Origin: Octopus sinensis
Lineage: Eukaryota
Length of the DNA: 64,000 nt
Direction of reading: 5' to 3'
Assembly: GCF_006345805.1 (NCBI RefSeq)
Contig: NC_043001.1
Coordinates: 61,752,001-61,816,000 of the forward strand
Shown: positions 25,625-37,639 of the stretch, one piece after another
Position numbering within the stretch: the stretch's first letter is position 1
Layout: each line of letters begins with the position of its first letter
The notes under the pieces: generated by a model
Database searches by the model: none
What the model saw: only the letters and a program-made list of their open reading frames with translations
What the model was told of the DNA's origin: nothing
Position numbers and translations under genes: made by a program

Positions 25625-26520
25625 AGACAAATTGGAAATGTGGGCGTACAATCATAGAATATTCTTAAGTATTGAACCTGGGAACGTAGAGAACAAGTAG
25701 TAGTCAAGCCTAGAAAAGTACAGGATAAAAACAAAAAGAAACTTAAAATATTGTGGCTGAAGTTAGTATTTTGAAACTAAAATAGTAATAAATGCCCTAT
25801 TGTATTATTACTTTTACTTAAAAGTTTAAAGTAAAATACTCCAGAAGCTATTTATTTTCAATTTTAGAGAAAAGATTAATTGCCTTCAAGTCTACACATT
25901 AAAAATTTGATCTTACAAATTTATATATTTAAAAAATTACATAATAGCAATTTAAACAAAATTGACAATTATAACTCTTAAGTATATTTTTAAAAAGAAG
26001 AGCTGTTTCTACAATTTGCGCTCATTTTGTTCATCACCTTTCATTTTGTAAATATTTTTCTAACTGTAAGTAGAAAATATTTTTGTCATCTCAGAATACA
26101 AGACTTAAATTAAATCTTTTGTTTCTTAAAATATTTTACTGTTTTGAATTACATGTATTCTACATGAGTTTAATTTTATAACACAATATCTGTGGTTTAG
26201 AATTTTTGTATAATGTGTTTCGATACGAAAAAAAAATAATATAAGAAAGAAATATAATGCAATAAAAGAGAAACTTTTAAATAAAAGAATATTAACTAAA
26301 ACGTTTTTGGAAATTGCAATAAAAAACAACAGACGCTGTTTCCTAAATAATTTAAGAAATTTATTTAGCAAATTATAACTTCAACGGCAATATGTTAAGT
26401 TTTTTTTTCTTTCTTCTCGTCTTGTACTTTTCTCGGCTTAATTACTGTTTGTTCTGTACTTTTCTAGGTTCAATACCTAAGAATATTCTCGGATTATACG
26501 CCTGCATTTTTCATTCTTGT
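25625..26520. mobile_element. MITE-like element with long diverged TIRs
   Basis: About 25625-25745 versus 26396-26520 inverted (AGAATATTCTTA.GTATTGAACCT..GAAAAGTACA); AT-rich non-coding interior; no TSD found. Confidence 0.5.
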
Positions 26521-26637
26521 CCACTTTTTTCTAGGCAACGCTTCTATTATTTCTGATTTTGGTGATCAGTGAATAAACTTCACTGAAAATAGATATATAT
26601 ATTTACGAAGTCTAGACAGATATCTTCAGCTAGCAGG

Positions 26638-28836
26638 GGAGTTGTGACGCTGTTCCAGAAAGACCCGAGCAAGGGGAATAGTATTAGTAATTATAGGCCC
26701 ATAACTCTACTTAATTTAGAGTTTAAGATTTTGGCCAAGGTGTTAGCAAAACGGTTGACGGCTGTCGTGGAGAAACTTGTCGGAAAGGCACAGACATGTG
26801 CAATCCCAGGCAGGTCGATCCAGGATAATCTTCACCTTCTCCGCTACACTATAGACAGGGCCGGGAAATTAGCCGGCAAAGGAGGGGCATTGGTCCATTT
26901 AGACCAAAGTAAAGCGTTCCATAGGGTAGACCATCGGTACTTGGCGGCGGTCCTCGAGGCGGCTGGGCTGGGCCCTGGCTTTTGCGGGTGGATCTCAGCT
27001 ATGTACAGCGGCATCAAATCCACAGTCCAGATAAACGATTACCTAACGGAGCCGTTTTCGATCAAGCGTTCAGTTCGTCAAGAGTGTTCCTTGTCCCCGC
27101 TCCTGTTTGTTATGGCTCTTGAGCCATTGCTGCGGAAGTTGGAGAAGTTGGGAGGCAACCCTAATGAAATTGGATACGGTAAGTCTGTCTCTGCCTATGC
27201 GGATGACGTCACCCTCATCGTGTCCAACGAAGCACAGCTACCTCATGTAGAAGGTGTTCTCCGAAGATACGACGCGGTGGCAGGGGAAAAAGTTAACAAG
27301 GACAAGTCCACCGGTTTGCGCCTCGGCACCTGGAGGAACAAGCCGATATCATCCAGTGTTGTTGGACACTGGACAGATGGTCCTGTTAAATTGCTCGGAG
27401 TTTGGTTTGGTTCAGACTCCCAGACGGAGAAGAATTGGAGCGAGGTAGCGAACAAGGTAGAAGCTATAGTACGGAAGTGGTCCAGAAGGCATCTTTCCTT
27501 GAAAGGGAGGGCGGAGGTGGTACAGATGTTTATAGCCTCTGTCATCACCTACCGCCTGACCGTCGTGCCTTGCCCCGATTCGTGGTTAAGCATGTTGGAA
27601 CGACTCCTTTTCCGCTTTTTGTGGAACCGCCAGGAACCACTAAAGGGTGGGCTGGGGATGCCTTGGCTAATGATGCGCCGGCATGCGTTGAGGCAGAGAC
27701 ATCTCTGGTGTCACCTGGAGGGTAATAAGGTGGGGAATCCGCAAGCAGAGGAATTCTTCCCGCGACCGGCCTCTAGGGAGAGATTTAAACCCCGTTTCAT
27801 TAAAAGACGTAACCTGACTTTATGGCAGAAGGAGTGCCGACAGGCACTCTGGTTGATCCACAAGGTGGGCAAGGCCGGCAGCGGGAATACCACCTCGGTG
27901 TTCTATAGATGGCTGGTAGAGGCAAAAAGTGACGACGTCCTAGGAGAGGCTCTGGGGTTCGATGAGAATCAACTCTCCAACTTGTTTAAGAAGACTTTCA
28001 GGCGGGGGTATTTGGACAATTACCAAAAATCCCTGACCTGGCAGTGCTATAGGAATGCATTACCTGTTCGCGATAATTATCCAGGCACGGAATGTCAATG
28101 TCACCGACGTGTCCAAGATGTGGGTTGGACGATGAAACCGTTCAACACGCTTTTGTACAATGTCGGGAGCTGTCAAGCTTGATAAGTTGAACACGTGTTG
28201 AACACGTGTTGTCGCATCTGGGACGAGTACAGCTGTCGGCTGGATCTATGATAAAGATGATACCGCTAACTGGACTCTGAAAGGAAGGTAAGGCTTGTTT
28301 TTACTGTACGGTGGCAGTACTGAAAGAGTGTGTGTGGAGAACCAGAATGGAAGGTTTAGTGACAGGGTCCTTTGTCTCTGGCCCCGGTTTGTTAAAATAC
28401 TTCATATATCATCTGAAGAGCATGATGGGGTTGGAGAAGAGGAGCCTGCCACAGAAAGAGTACGTGAAACGTTGGAAGGATGTGATCAGAAAGGTGGGTG
28501 TTAGTAATCCAGCTTAATCATCGAAGAAAGGAAAAATTAGTTGCTGGGCCTTATAGGCTGCCGGGTTCAAAATTCGGAACCGGCACTTCCCCGCCTTTTC
28601 ATTTTAACAGATGTTATAATTTCTAATGTTTTAAAAAAAAACGCACCAAAGTTCTCGTTATAAAAGCAAAAGTAAGCCAATGATTCGTTTAAAGGCAAAA
28701 GTAAGCCAAGTTTTCGTTTATGTTACATTATATCTAAATTTTTAAGTTTCATTCGAACTCTCATAACATTCTTTGTAATTGTTTGTCTTGTTATGTCCAA
28801 TTCTATGTAAAATCGCATGATTGTAATAAAGATTTC
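26638..28836 (+). mobile_element. 5'-truncated Tx1-clade LINE, copy 2, with 16-bp TSD
   Basis: 512-aa ORF 26644-28182 (NYRPITLLN, DQSKAFHRV, SAYADD); AATAAA at 28825-28830; TSD ATCTTCAGCTAGCAGG at 26622-26637 and 28837-28852. Confidence 0.95.
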
Positions 28837-28862
28837 ATCTTCAGCTAGCAGGCCTCTGCTAC

Positions 28863-28908
28863 TCTAGACTGATGATGGGCAAGACCCAGAAACATGCATG
28901 TCTCTAGA
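28863..28908 (+). ncRNA. Minimal type-I hammerhead ribozyme, best-preserved motif
   Basis: TCTAGA-CTGATGA-TGGG caaga CCCA-GAAA-CATGCATG-TC-TCTAGA; GUC cleavage after 28902. Confidence 0.9.
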
Positions 28909-29228
28909 TGCAGGCCTAGCTGTTGGGGGTGTTTGTCTCCCCTTCGTAAATATATAAGGACACAGGAAACGTGTCAAGGCCGACAGGAAGCGTTGGTGCT
29001 TCCTAGGGCTAAACAGCGGTGGTGTAATTCCCTTACAGCACTGTCACGTTAAGTTGACAGTATACAACCGCTTCTGTTATTATAATTATCATATTTACTT
29101 TTATAATTGAAAATATGATACTATCGTAAATATTTTTTAAATACAGCTTTTTGTTCAAACTTTGAAATTTTGTTTGCTCATAAAAATTAATAAAAAGGAT
29201 TAATAGCAGGATATCTGTTGCAAATCTT

Positions 29229-29300
29229 TTAGCTTTGGGGTTTACTTGTTTCAGTCATCTGACTGTCACCATGCTGGAGCACCGCCTTGAAGGATTTAGT
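29229..29300 (-). mobile_element. SINE 3' tail fragment
   Basis: Reverse complement matches GGCGGTGCTCCAGCATGG..ATGACTGAAACAA at 34501-34545. Confidence 0.7.
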
Positions 29301-29378
29301 TCCAAAAAAATGACTACATTCAATTTGGTTGAGAACTGAATTAGTAATGAATCCTAGAATTGCCTGTGAGTAACTAAA

Positions 29379-29538
29379 AGTTGGCCATGAGTTGGTAGAA
29401 TCGTTAGCACGCCGTGAACGACTTTGCCTTTTCATCATTTCGGGGTCGATAAATTAAGTATCAGTTGACTATTGGGGTCGATGTAATCGACAATCCCCTC
29501 CACCAAATTCCATGCCTTGTGCCTATAATAGAAAGGGC
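29379..29538 (+). mobile_element. Internally deleted SINE
   Basis: Shares GACTTTGCCTTT-CATC.TTTCGGGGTCGATAAATTAAGTA with 51604-52215. Confidence 0.8.
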
Positions 29539-29586
29539 TATTATTATTATTATTATTATTATATTATTATTATTATTATTATTATT

Positions 29587-30193
29587 GAGTGAGAGAGCAG
29601 TGTATGCCATCAAAGTGACACTGGGGTAAAATATACGAAGCCCAGTATACCCATCATCACTACCCTTCTGATAAGTGTACACCAGGCACATGCATCACAA
29701 CCATATGTGTGCGACATGATGATCTCATATCAAGATAAACAGCGCAAGAACTTGCAGGTGGGCCCCAGTTAGAATTTTCTTCTGATCGAGTAGCCCATCT
29801 CGCTCAAAAGGTCCCTGAATAAGGATTGTTTAAGGATGTTGAACGAACCACCCATGTTTCCAGAGGTGAATTATCCCAACCTCTAAGAATTCCTTTCAAC
29901 ACATGGCTATGATGCTCCCCACTACTTCTGCTCATGAGCAGGGATGCAGATATCGGCAGCCACTAAGGGACATGCTCAACTGGTTAAGGTCAAACAACTG
30001 ACAAGCAAATCTGTGGTATTGAGCAGAATATTTGCTGTAGCCCATCTTTTATACCAAGACAAAACAATGTACATGATAACACTTCCAATCAGTTAAGATC
30101 AGAATTCATGAAAGCCACTGTCTGGTATTGCATCAGGGCATGGTATATCATCAGGGCATAGTATTGCATCAGGGCATAGGTATTGCATCAGGG
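29587..30193. mobile_element. About 610-bp non-coding element flanked on both sides by (TAT/AAT)n
   Basis: (TAT)n at 29539-29586 and 30194-30252; 18-bp unit repeated four times at 30124-30194; no ORF. Confidence 0.6.
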
Positions 30194-30253
<60 letters not shown>

Positions 30254-30255
<2 letters not shown>

Positions 30256-30458
30256 AAAAATAAGAAAATAGAGATAAATCAATTAATAATTATATTTATT
30301 AATTACAAAAATAGACATGATCTCTAACAGCTGTTTCGATTCATACTTTTTAATTAAGTTCTAAAGCTTGAATCAAAACAGCTGTCAGAGATTATGTTTA
30401 TTTTTGTAATTAATAAATATAATTATTAATTGATTCATCTCTATTTTCTTATTTTTCT
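30254..30458. repeat. Fold-back with 90-bp arms carrying HHR 3' halves
   Basis: 30254-30343 versus 30369-30458 inverted; TGAATC-GAAA/AAAA-CAGCTG-TT/TC-AGAG on each outward strand. Confidence 0.8.
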
Positions 30459-30699
30459 TAAATAAATATAAACTCCGTTTTATCTAATTACCTTATTTTT
30501 GAATATTAAATCATATACTCAAAATAAACTATAGGTAATAAACTAGTAAATTCATTGGATATCATTATTCCTTAATGAGAATGAGGTTTATTATTATTCA
30601 TAATCACACAACAGATTAGACAGTTGGAAAAAAAAATTCCTAACCTCAGACTACACAAGTAACCTTAAATGCCAACAAGTATTCTAGCTATCTCTAATA

Positions 30700-32228
30700 A
30701 CACTGACTTATAGAGCTGTACTAAACTGGGTTTCATGCCTATTTCCTAGGTCCATCTGTTCAAATCTTTAGTGATAGTTTCTACTGGGATACATTTTGTC
30801 CGCACTTTCCATAGTCTCTGTAATTTAATGGCTAGGTCCTTGTACTTTGCTATTTTTTATATACCCTTCATATTGATTTTTCCATCATTTGGGACTATAA
30901 AGTCAGTAATTTGAGACTTTCTAATCTCTTTATCTACTACAGCTAAATCAGGCCTTCTAGATTCTATTACTCTGTCAATTTGAATGTTAAAGTCCCACAA
31001 CATCTTATACTTCTCACTTTCTAGCACTTTACTAGGTTAATGTTCATACCATTTATCAGTGTGGTCAAATCCTAGCTTTTACATAGCTCCCAGTGGATTA
31101 CTGTACCTAGTTTGTCATGTTTTTCCTTGTATTCTTTCTCAGTTGTATGACCTACATTGGGAATCTACTTGGTTTTTGTCTATCTTGACTTTTATCTGAT
31201 TAGTCCTTAATACTAGATCTTGAGCTGTTACTAACAAACGAACAAACGTTATGTCTCCCTTTTCAGCCTTCCTTTCTGCAATCATAACCATTATCTCACT
31301 ATTACTATTTGCTGCAACATCTTTGGGAACCTACCATGCAGAGCCTTCTCTCGCCAGTTAGATAATTTTTGTTCTTTTTTCCTGATTTTTACCTTCGTTT
31401 CCTTTTGAGGTGGGTTTTCTTATGTCTTGCTGTGACTCAAGTAGCTCTTAATAATCTTTCTTCATTATTACCTTCATAGGAGTCTAGATCTACACTAGGT
31501 ACCTCCATTAATATCAGTCTTCTACTGATATTAGCCCTCTTCCACCTTCCTTTCTGGTTAAGTATAATCTTGCTGCTCCTGCCCTTGAGTGGAGTCCTCC
31601 ATTCATATTGAATTCGTTCCTAGTTCTTCTGGTTAGGTTTGCTAATTCAGTTTTTGTCCAATCTACAAAAGCTGCTGTGTATCTAAGTAATGATATTGCC
31701 CAAGTATTAACAGCCTTCACTAGATTCGGACCACTTAGCTTTGAATTCATTAGCTTTCTTACACTTCTGATGTACTCCTTCTCAATTTTCTTTTTCATTT
31801 CTGTAGTTAGTACTCTTTCGGATTCTAATACATCTAGATACTTATAACTCTCTCCTTCTTTCAGTGATTATAATGTTTGGCCATCTGGTAATTGGATATC
31901 TTCACTGTTGACTATCTGTCCCCTTTTCGTGACTAATATTGCACACTTATCTATGCCAAATTCCATGCCTATATCTTTGCTGAAGAGTCTTACTATCTGT
32001 ATTAAGGAATCTGTCTCTTTCATTCTTACTAAAAAGTTTCAAATCATCCATGTAGAGTAAATGGTTATTTTTCCCTTACAATTTCTGAACTGATACCCTG
32101 CTTTTGCCTTCCTTAATATTAAACTGTGGAGGATCAAACATATGACAAATATTAAAGGGGATAACGAGTCTCCTTGGAAAATTCCTCTCTTAGATATTAA
32201 CCTTCCCTAAGACTGTAACACCTAAGTA
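30700..32228 (-). mobile_element. Decayed 5'-truncated R4/Dong-like LINE
   Basis: LGKVNI.RGIFQGDSLSP near 32210-32160; ORF 31514-31798 with NTWAISLLRY..RLYLTRKEGGRGL. Confidence 0.85.
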
Positions 32229-32231
32229 GGG

Positions 32232-33170
32232 AATTTGTGTGAATTTGTGCATTATTATCCTGAAAGATTGCGTTTCCCTCCGGAGATAGTTCCGCAACTA
32301 TAGGATGAATTTGATCAGATAAAACGCTTAAATAGTCTTGACTATTCATTCTGCCATGAAGGGAAACCATTGGGCCGGCGGATTTCCAAGATATAGCCCC
32401 ACCACCACCACCACCACCAGATCATCACAGGTCCCCCTGTATGTTTAACAGTTGGAAGAAGGCAGTATGGGTCAAATGCTTCTTTTGGCTGTCTTCACAC
32501 GTATACTCAGCCGGTGATCAAAAATAAGGGAAAAGAGGACTCGTCCGTGAAAATAACATTCTTCCACTGCTCTAGGGACCAATTCTGTAGGTTTTTACTC
32601 CCCTCAAAACGCTTTGCAACGTTTGTTTTTGAAAGTAGTGGTTTTCTGATTGCAGCCCTCCCATGAAATCCGGCTTTGTACAGCTATCGGCGAATGGTTT
32701 TTGTGGAAACTGGGTTCTCGAGGTGGTCATTAAGCTCTGCTTAATGGGAGCTGTACTTTTGTGATTTTTCTAACAATTCGTGTAAGAGTCCGACGGCCCC
32801 TATCTGAAAGTTTTGATTTTTCTCCGGAGTTTTGTTTCGACGAGGAGGTTTTTCCCTCTTTTCCAAAGGCTGTCATTAATTTCGAGACATTACTTCTTGA
32901 TACACCAAACATTTCGGCTGTTTTCGTTATGCTAGCGCCTGCCATAAAAGGACCAACAATTTGCGCTCTTTGAAAGCCCGATATATCTGTCATTTTAATG
33001 AATTTTAATTGTTTTTTTTATGATATCTGAAAGGAAACAGCAATTTTAGCAAAACATATAAAGCAACACGAATAATAAATCAAAAAACATAAAAATTAAC
33101 AAGCTTTTGACGGTTTTATAGATATTTCAAAATTATGATGCTATGCTGCTAAGTTTTTTTGCAACCCCTG
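32232..33170 (-). mobile_element. Tc1-family transposon, 3'-truncated
   Basis: TIR TA|CAGGGGTTGC at 33170; paired HTH ORF 32730-32993; WKNVIFTDESSF, PTVKH.GG.VMIW and FQDNNA downstream. Confidence 0.88.
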
Positions 33171-33482
33171 TATACATATATATATATACACACACAAAGG
33201 GGTTTGTATGATTGTGTATAGAAGAATATATTACAGTCAAATCGTTCCTGTCAAAATCTGAACCTGATAAATGCTTAAATGCAAGAAAGTATACTAGTTC
33301 AATGTGAATAGACATTTAATATTTAATTTTCAATATTTCATTTGTTCAATAAGACAATCAATGCTTGATTTCACTTGTTTCTTTACTACATACTCTATAT
33401 CCTATATTAATATTATAAGAATATAAAGAGAACATAAAAAACAGAGTAGGAATTCCTTTGAGTAATATATAACATATATATA

Positions 33483-33511
<29 letters not shown>

Positions 33512-33513
<2 letters not shown>

Positions 33514-33999
33514 AGAGATTATCCTTAATTGTTAAACTTATTCCGAAATACTTTTCATTACCCGACATGCAGTTCGTAAAAAGCCCGCCATTTACCGGAT
33601 ATATGATTTATAAACATTCCATGTGCTTGGCCGGAGTGGGCAGTTGTCTGTTCGTCTTCGCTACGTAAGGTTGGTTGTTTATTTATGATGTGTTCAGAAT
33701 CAGTTCTGCTGATGATCATAAGACGTAAGTTGAATGTGAAATCACGGTGATACAGAACTAAATTCATTTTTTAAATGTCTTGCTTTGAAAAACTGCATTT
33801 AGGTATGATTAGTATAATTTTGGTAGTAATGACTTTGTCCCTCTTAGTGTGAGGCATTTATGTGTAATAATGCCCTCTATACAATATAGATATAATTAAT
33901 TTGTTCAAAAGAAAAAAATTATTTTCGAATTCTTTTCTTTTATGAGGTTTTCACGCTAACTACCCGATAATTTCTTATTAAGAGATTATCCTTAATTGT

Positions 34000-34003
<4 letters not shown>
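33512..34003 (+). mobile_element. 467-bp HHR monomer with 25-bp terminal direct repeat inside (TA)n
   Basis: TAAGAGATTATCCTTAATTGTTAAA at 33512-33536 and 33979-34003; homologous to 14120-14592; no ORF. Confidence 0.85.
33702..33759 (+). ncRNA. Type-I hammerhead motif
   Basis: AGTTCTG-CTGATGA-TCAT..ATGT-GAAA-TCAC g GTGA-TA-CAGAACT; 7-bp helix I; U-U at the base of helix II. Confidence 0.75.
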
Positions 34004-34042
<39 letters not shown>

Positions 34043-34063
34043 TATATATATATACGTGTGTGT

Positions 34064-34098
<35 letters not shown>

Positions 34099-34099
34099 T

Positions 34100-34550
34100 T
34101 TGTGTACGTGTTTGTTTGCCCTCCCAACATCGCTTGACAACAGATGCTGTTGTACATTATTTACATTATTTACATTCGACGGATATTTGTCCTCTTCTTG
34201 TTTGTTGTTAACACAACGTTTCGGCTGATATACCCTCCATCCTTCATCAGGTGTCATGGGGAAGTTTTGGAACCTGGGTTCTCATTCATAAGGTATTTTC
34301 GATGTTGTTGTTGTTATTATTAATATTGTTGTTGTTGTTGTTTTCTGAATGTTAGTAGCCCGCGCTCTTAACCACTAAGCCACATGCCCGTGGAAAGACG
34401 CTGGTGTGTTTACGTCCCCGTAAACTAGCGGTTCGGAAAGAGACCGATTGACTAAGTACTAGGTTTACAAAGAATAAGTCCTGGGGTCGATTTGCTCTAA
34501 AGGCGGTGCTCCAGCATGGCCGCAGTCAAATGACTGAAACAAATAATGGA
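34100..34550 (+). mobile_element. SINE split by an HHR-containing insertion
   Basis: The head (CATCGCTTGACAACAGATGCTG) resumes at about 34393 (GCTGGTGTGTTTACGTCCCCG) and runs to the ATGACTGAAACAA tail. Confidence 0.55.
34209..34256 (-). ncRNA. Minimal hammerhead variant
   Basis: TGACAC-CTGATGA-A-GGATG..CAGCC-GAAA-CG-TT-GTGTTA; one mismatch in helix II. Confidence 0.65.
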
Positions 34551-34866
34551 ATAATCAATAATGAATAGTTATTTATTTAACGTTGCATATAATAATTATG
34601 ACGATTAGTCCTACAATTACTGTTAAATAAGAAAATATGCATTATAGGAATTCATTAATACATTGTTCGTCTATTTTAAGAGTGATTTCATAATGACGTC
34701 CATATACGTGATTAATAGGATTGTAATCGCAGAATAGCAATTATCAATACGCTTAATTGACTAAATATTTATTCCAATAAATAAATTATTCTTTTTTAAC
34801 TTTGCAGTTCACAATGCTTTTGAGATTATGCAGCGTTTTTACTGCCATACTTGTCACCAGTAAGTA

Positions 34867-36148
34867 GGAGGAGGTACTTAAGAGAAACCGGAATTGTGCA
34901 ATATTTTCTAATTCATTTAGTTTTAAATGCTTACACTTTTATCACCTTCAAAGTATTCTCTGTTTGAAGCAATGCATCGGCCCAGACGCGTTTTCCACTG
35001 TTCAAAGCAGTCCTGGAAATCTTGCGAAGTGATACTTTTTAACACCTCCGTCGTTTTTTTACTTCATCTCTCCTACAACTGCAAAACGTTTTCCTTTAAG
35101 AACTTTTTTCATTCGAGAGAACAAAATAAATAGTTGCAGGGAGCAAGATCGAGTGAACTGGGAGGGTGGGTAAGCTGAGTCATGTCATTTTTGGTCAAAA
35201 ACTGTCTCACACTCAAGGTAGTGTGCGAAGGCGCATTGCTGTGATGAAACCACCACTCTCCATTTTACCACTGGCCTGGGCGTTTTCGTCTCAACGCGTC
35301 TCAAAAACGCTTCAGAATTGCCAAATAAAATGTTTGGTTAACAGTTTAACTAGGAGGAAAAAACTCTGTATGAACAATTCCTTACACATCGAGGAAACAA
35401 ATCAGCATCGTCTTGACAGTTGACGAATTTTTGGTAGGTGTGGTGACATTGAATGCTGCCATTGACTTGATTGCTGCTTCGTTTCCGAGTGGTAACCGTA
35501 ACACCAGGTTTTGTCACCAGTGATGACCTTCGAAAAAATATTCGGATCAACTTCCAACTGTTCTTTCAGTTCACGACACGAATTCAGTCGTGACTGCTTT
35601 TGATCTTCAGTGAGCAAGTGGGACCCAAATTGTGCTGCAATTCTTGGCTCAAAATTTGTTGGCAGGAGCTCCAGGACACACCAGTCATACCAACAAGTTC
35701 GTCAATTGTTCGGATCAGTTCAAGAATTTTCGTGATGTTTTCATTCGTTCTGGAGGTCGACGGTCGTCCTGATGAAGTTGATCTTCAAGCGAGAAGTGAC
35801 AATTCCCACAGCGTGAAAAACATTGGTATACTTGTGTTTTGCTCGTGACAACATCTTTGTAAGCTGTTTGAAGCATGACAAGTGTTTCGGCCGCCGATTT
35901 CTCCAGCAGAAAACAGCATTTCACGAAAGCACGCTGTCCTTTCGTTTCAGTAATCGCGAAAATCGACGAATAGGGAGAAGCACTGCAAAATAAAATCGCA
36001 CAATGTGACAATACAACTCCACCCGATTATGCTGGTCGTTAGACTGATGTCTGAGGTTCGAATCAACTGGCTTCTAGCAACGGAAGCCTGAACTAAAATG
36101 GGATTGTCCCGCAGAGAACGCTTCCGATTACTTTTGGGTACCTCCTAG
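34867..36148 (-). mobile_element. Full-length (1282 bp) decayed mariner
   Basis: Imperfect TA-flanked TIRs (AGGAGGTAC..AA.AG.AA.CGGAA); ORF pieces QRAFVKCCF..KSAAETL and VITGDKTWCYGY. Confidence 0.88.
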
Positions 36149-37639
36149 TAACTTTATCGAATCCATTGAAATGATGCACTACAGACAACTGCAAAGAAAA
36201 ATACAATTTTTACTGTCTACCATCGAAGAACTAGAATTTAACACAGTTTGCACTGCTGGACATTTATATTATTCTTTTAACCTTCAAGAACTTCATTCAG
36301 AATCTAAACTGCTTGTTCATCTGATAAATACCTACTGAATGGTTGAGATGACGGAAACACATTGAGAAGTAATTTAGGTAAAATTTAGTCATTTTATAAG
36401 TTAAAAGGAAAGTCCATTGATGCTTTGCTCTTGCTTGGAAAAGGGAGGCAAAAATAACTTGCTTTATAGTTACCAAATTTCTAAAATGCCAGATTATTGC
36501 AGAAAATTAATTTACACGATGAGGGAAACTCTGGCCTTTGTCCACTGATAAGTGACAATGAGGAATATGTTTCAGTCTTATTTTTGATCAGTATAATTGG
36601 CATTAATTAAGAATATAATGAGCGTAAGAATTTTTATCGCGTAAAAGAAAGGCAGGACTTATATAAAAATGTTAAGGGTGATGTCTTGAATAACGAATGC
36701 CACAGGCCTATTGTAAGGTTTGAATGAACTGAAACGCCAAGTCTCAGCAAACGAGTTATTCAACCAGTGAGAAAAGCTTTGTTTTCTAGTATTTGTTTAG
36801 GAAATCAAGAGGAAATCACCATAGAGACAGAATGTGCGTAGGTAGTGTTTTGTGGCTGATATAAAAATTTTAATAGAAAGGAATGTTTATAATCGTGGTA
36901 AGAATCTAATGGAGTTCTTTGAAAACAAAATCAGATTCTGCGTATAGAAAACATTTTGTCAGGTATGAAGGAATATTTTGGAATAGTTTGGGCAACTGGA
37001 CTGAAGATAATAATTTTGCCTCATAACATTCAACATTTATTAAAATGTCAATCCGAATTTGTATTAGCATTTTGGAAAGAAAACCTGAATGATAAGTCAT
37101 TTATGTGTGTGTTTGTGCATTAAGTTAGAAAATATGTGGATTATATTTATGATATTCGTCATAAGGATCGCCTTTATGCTAACTATAAGATCAAGATTTA
37201 CAATCTAAAGTACATATCGTGTAAGGGGGAAATGTGAGTAATAGTATAAAGATTACATGATTGTATTTGCATAAAAATAAATATGAAGTATAAAAGAGTC
37301 ACTGAGATTTGAGTTAAACAAGGGATGATGAAAGAAAATATATTTAACTAAATATGCAGAAAATTAATTAAATGAACAATAAGAACTTATACTAAATTTC
37401 AGAAAAAAGCACATAATAAAAATAACGTAAACACCACACAAATAAACAATATAAATCTATATAAAAATTTATATAAGTATATATAATATATATAATTATC
37501 TCACAGGCTAAATATACAATGATAAATAAATAGGTTCTGTATTTTTATTAGATTTTATCGGGCTGAGTGATATATATAAAGTTCTATCAAGCGTAAAGAT
37601 AAGAGAAGGATGCATCTGTATAATTGTATAAAAATATTC

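Larger units (their letters stand above)
26596..28956 (+). mobile_element. 146-bp fold-back HHR mini-element split by Tx1 copy 2
   Basis: 15-bp terminal inverted repeat TATATATTTACGAAG (26596-26610)/CTTCGTAAATATATA (28942-28956); the halves rejoin across the TSD. Confidence 0.8.

Noticed and set aside
30124-30194. Short regular repeats (also 55015-55078) as CRISPR-like arrays
   Set aside because: Tandem repeats with no unique spacers, no cas genes and a eukaryotic context.
36540-37100. Possible THAP/P-element remnant (PKLFQNIPSYLTK on the minus strand)
   Set aside because: One short motif only; not enough support.
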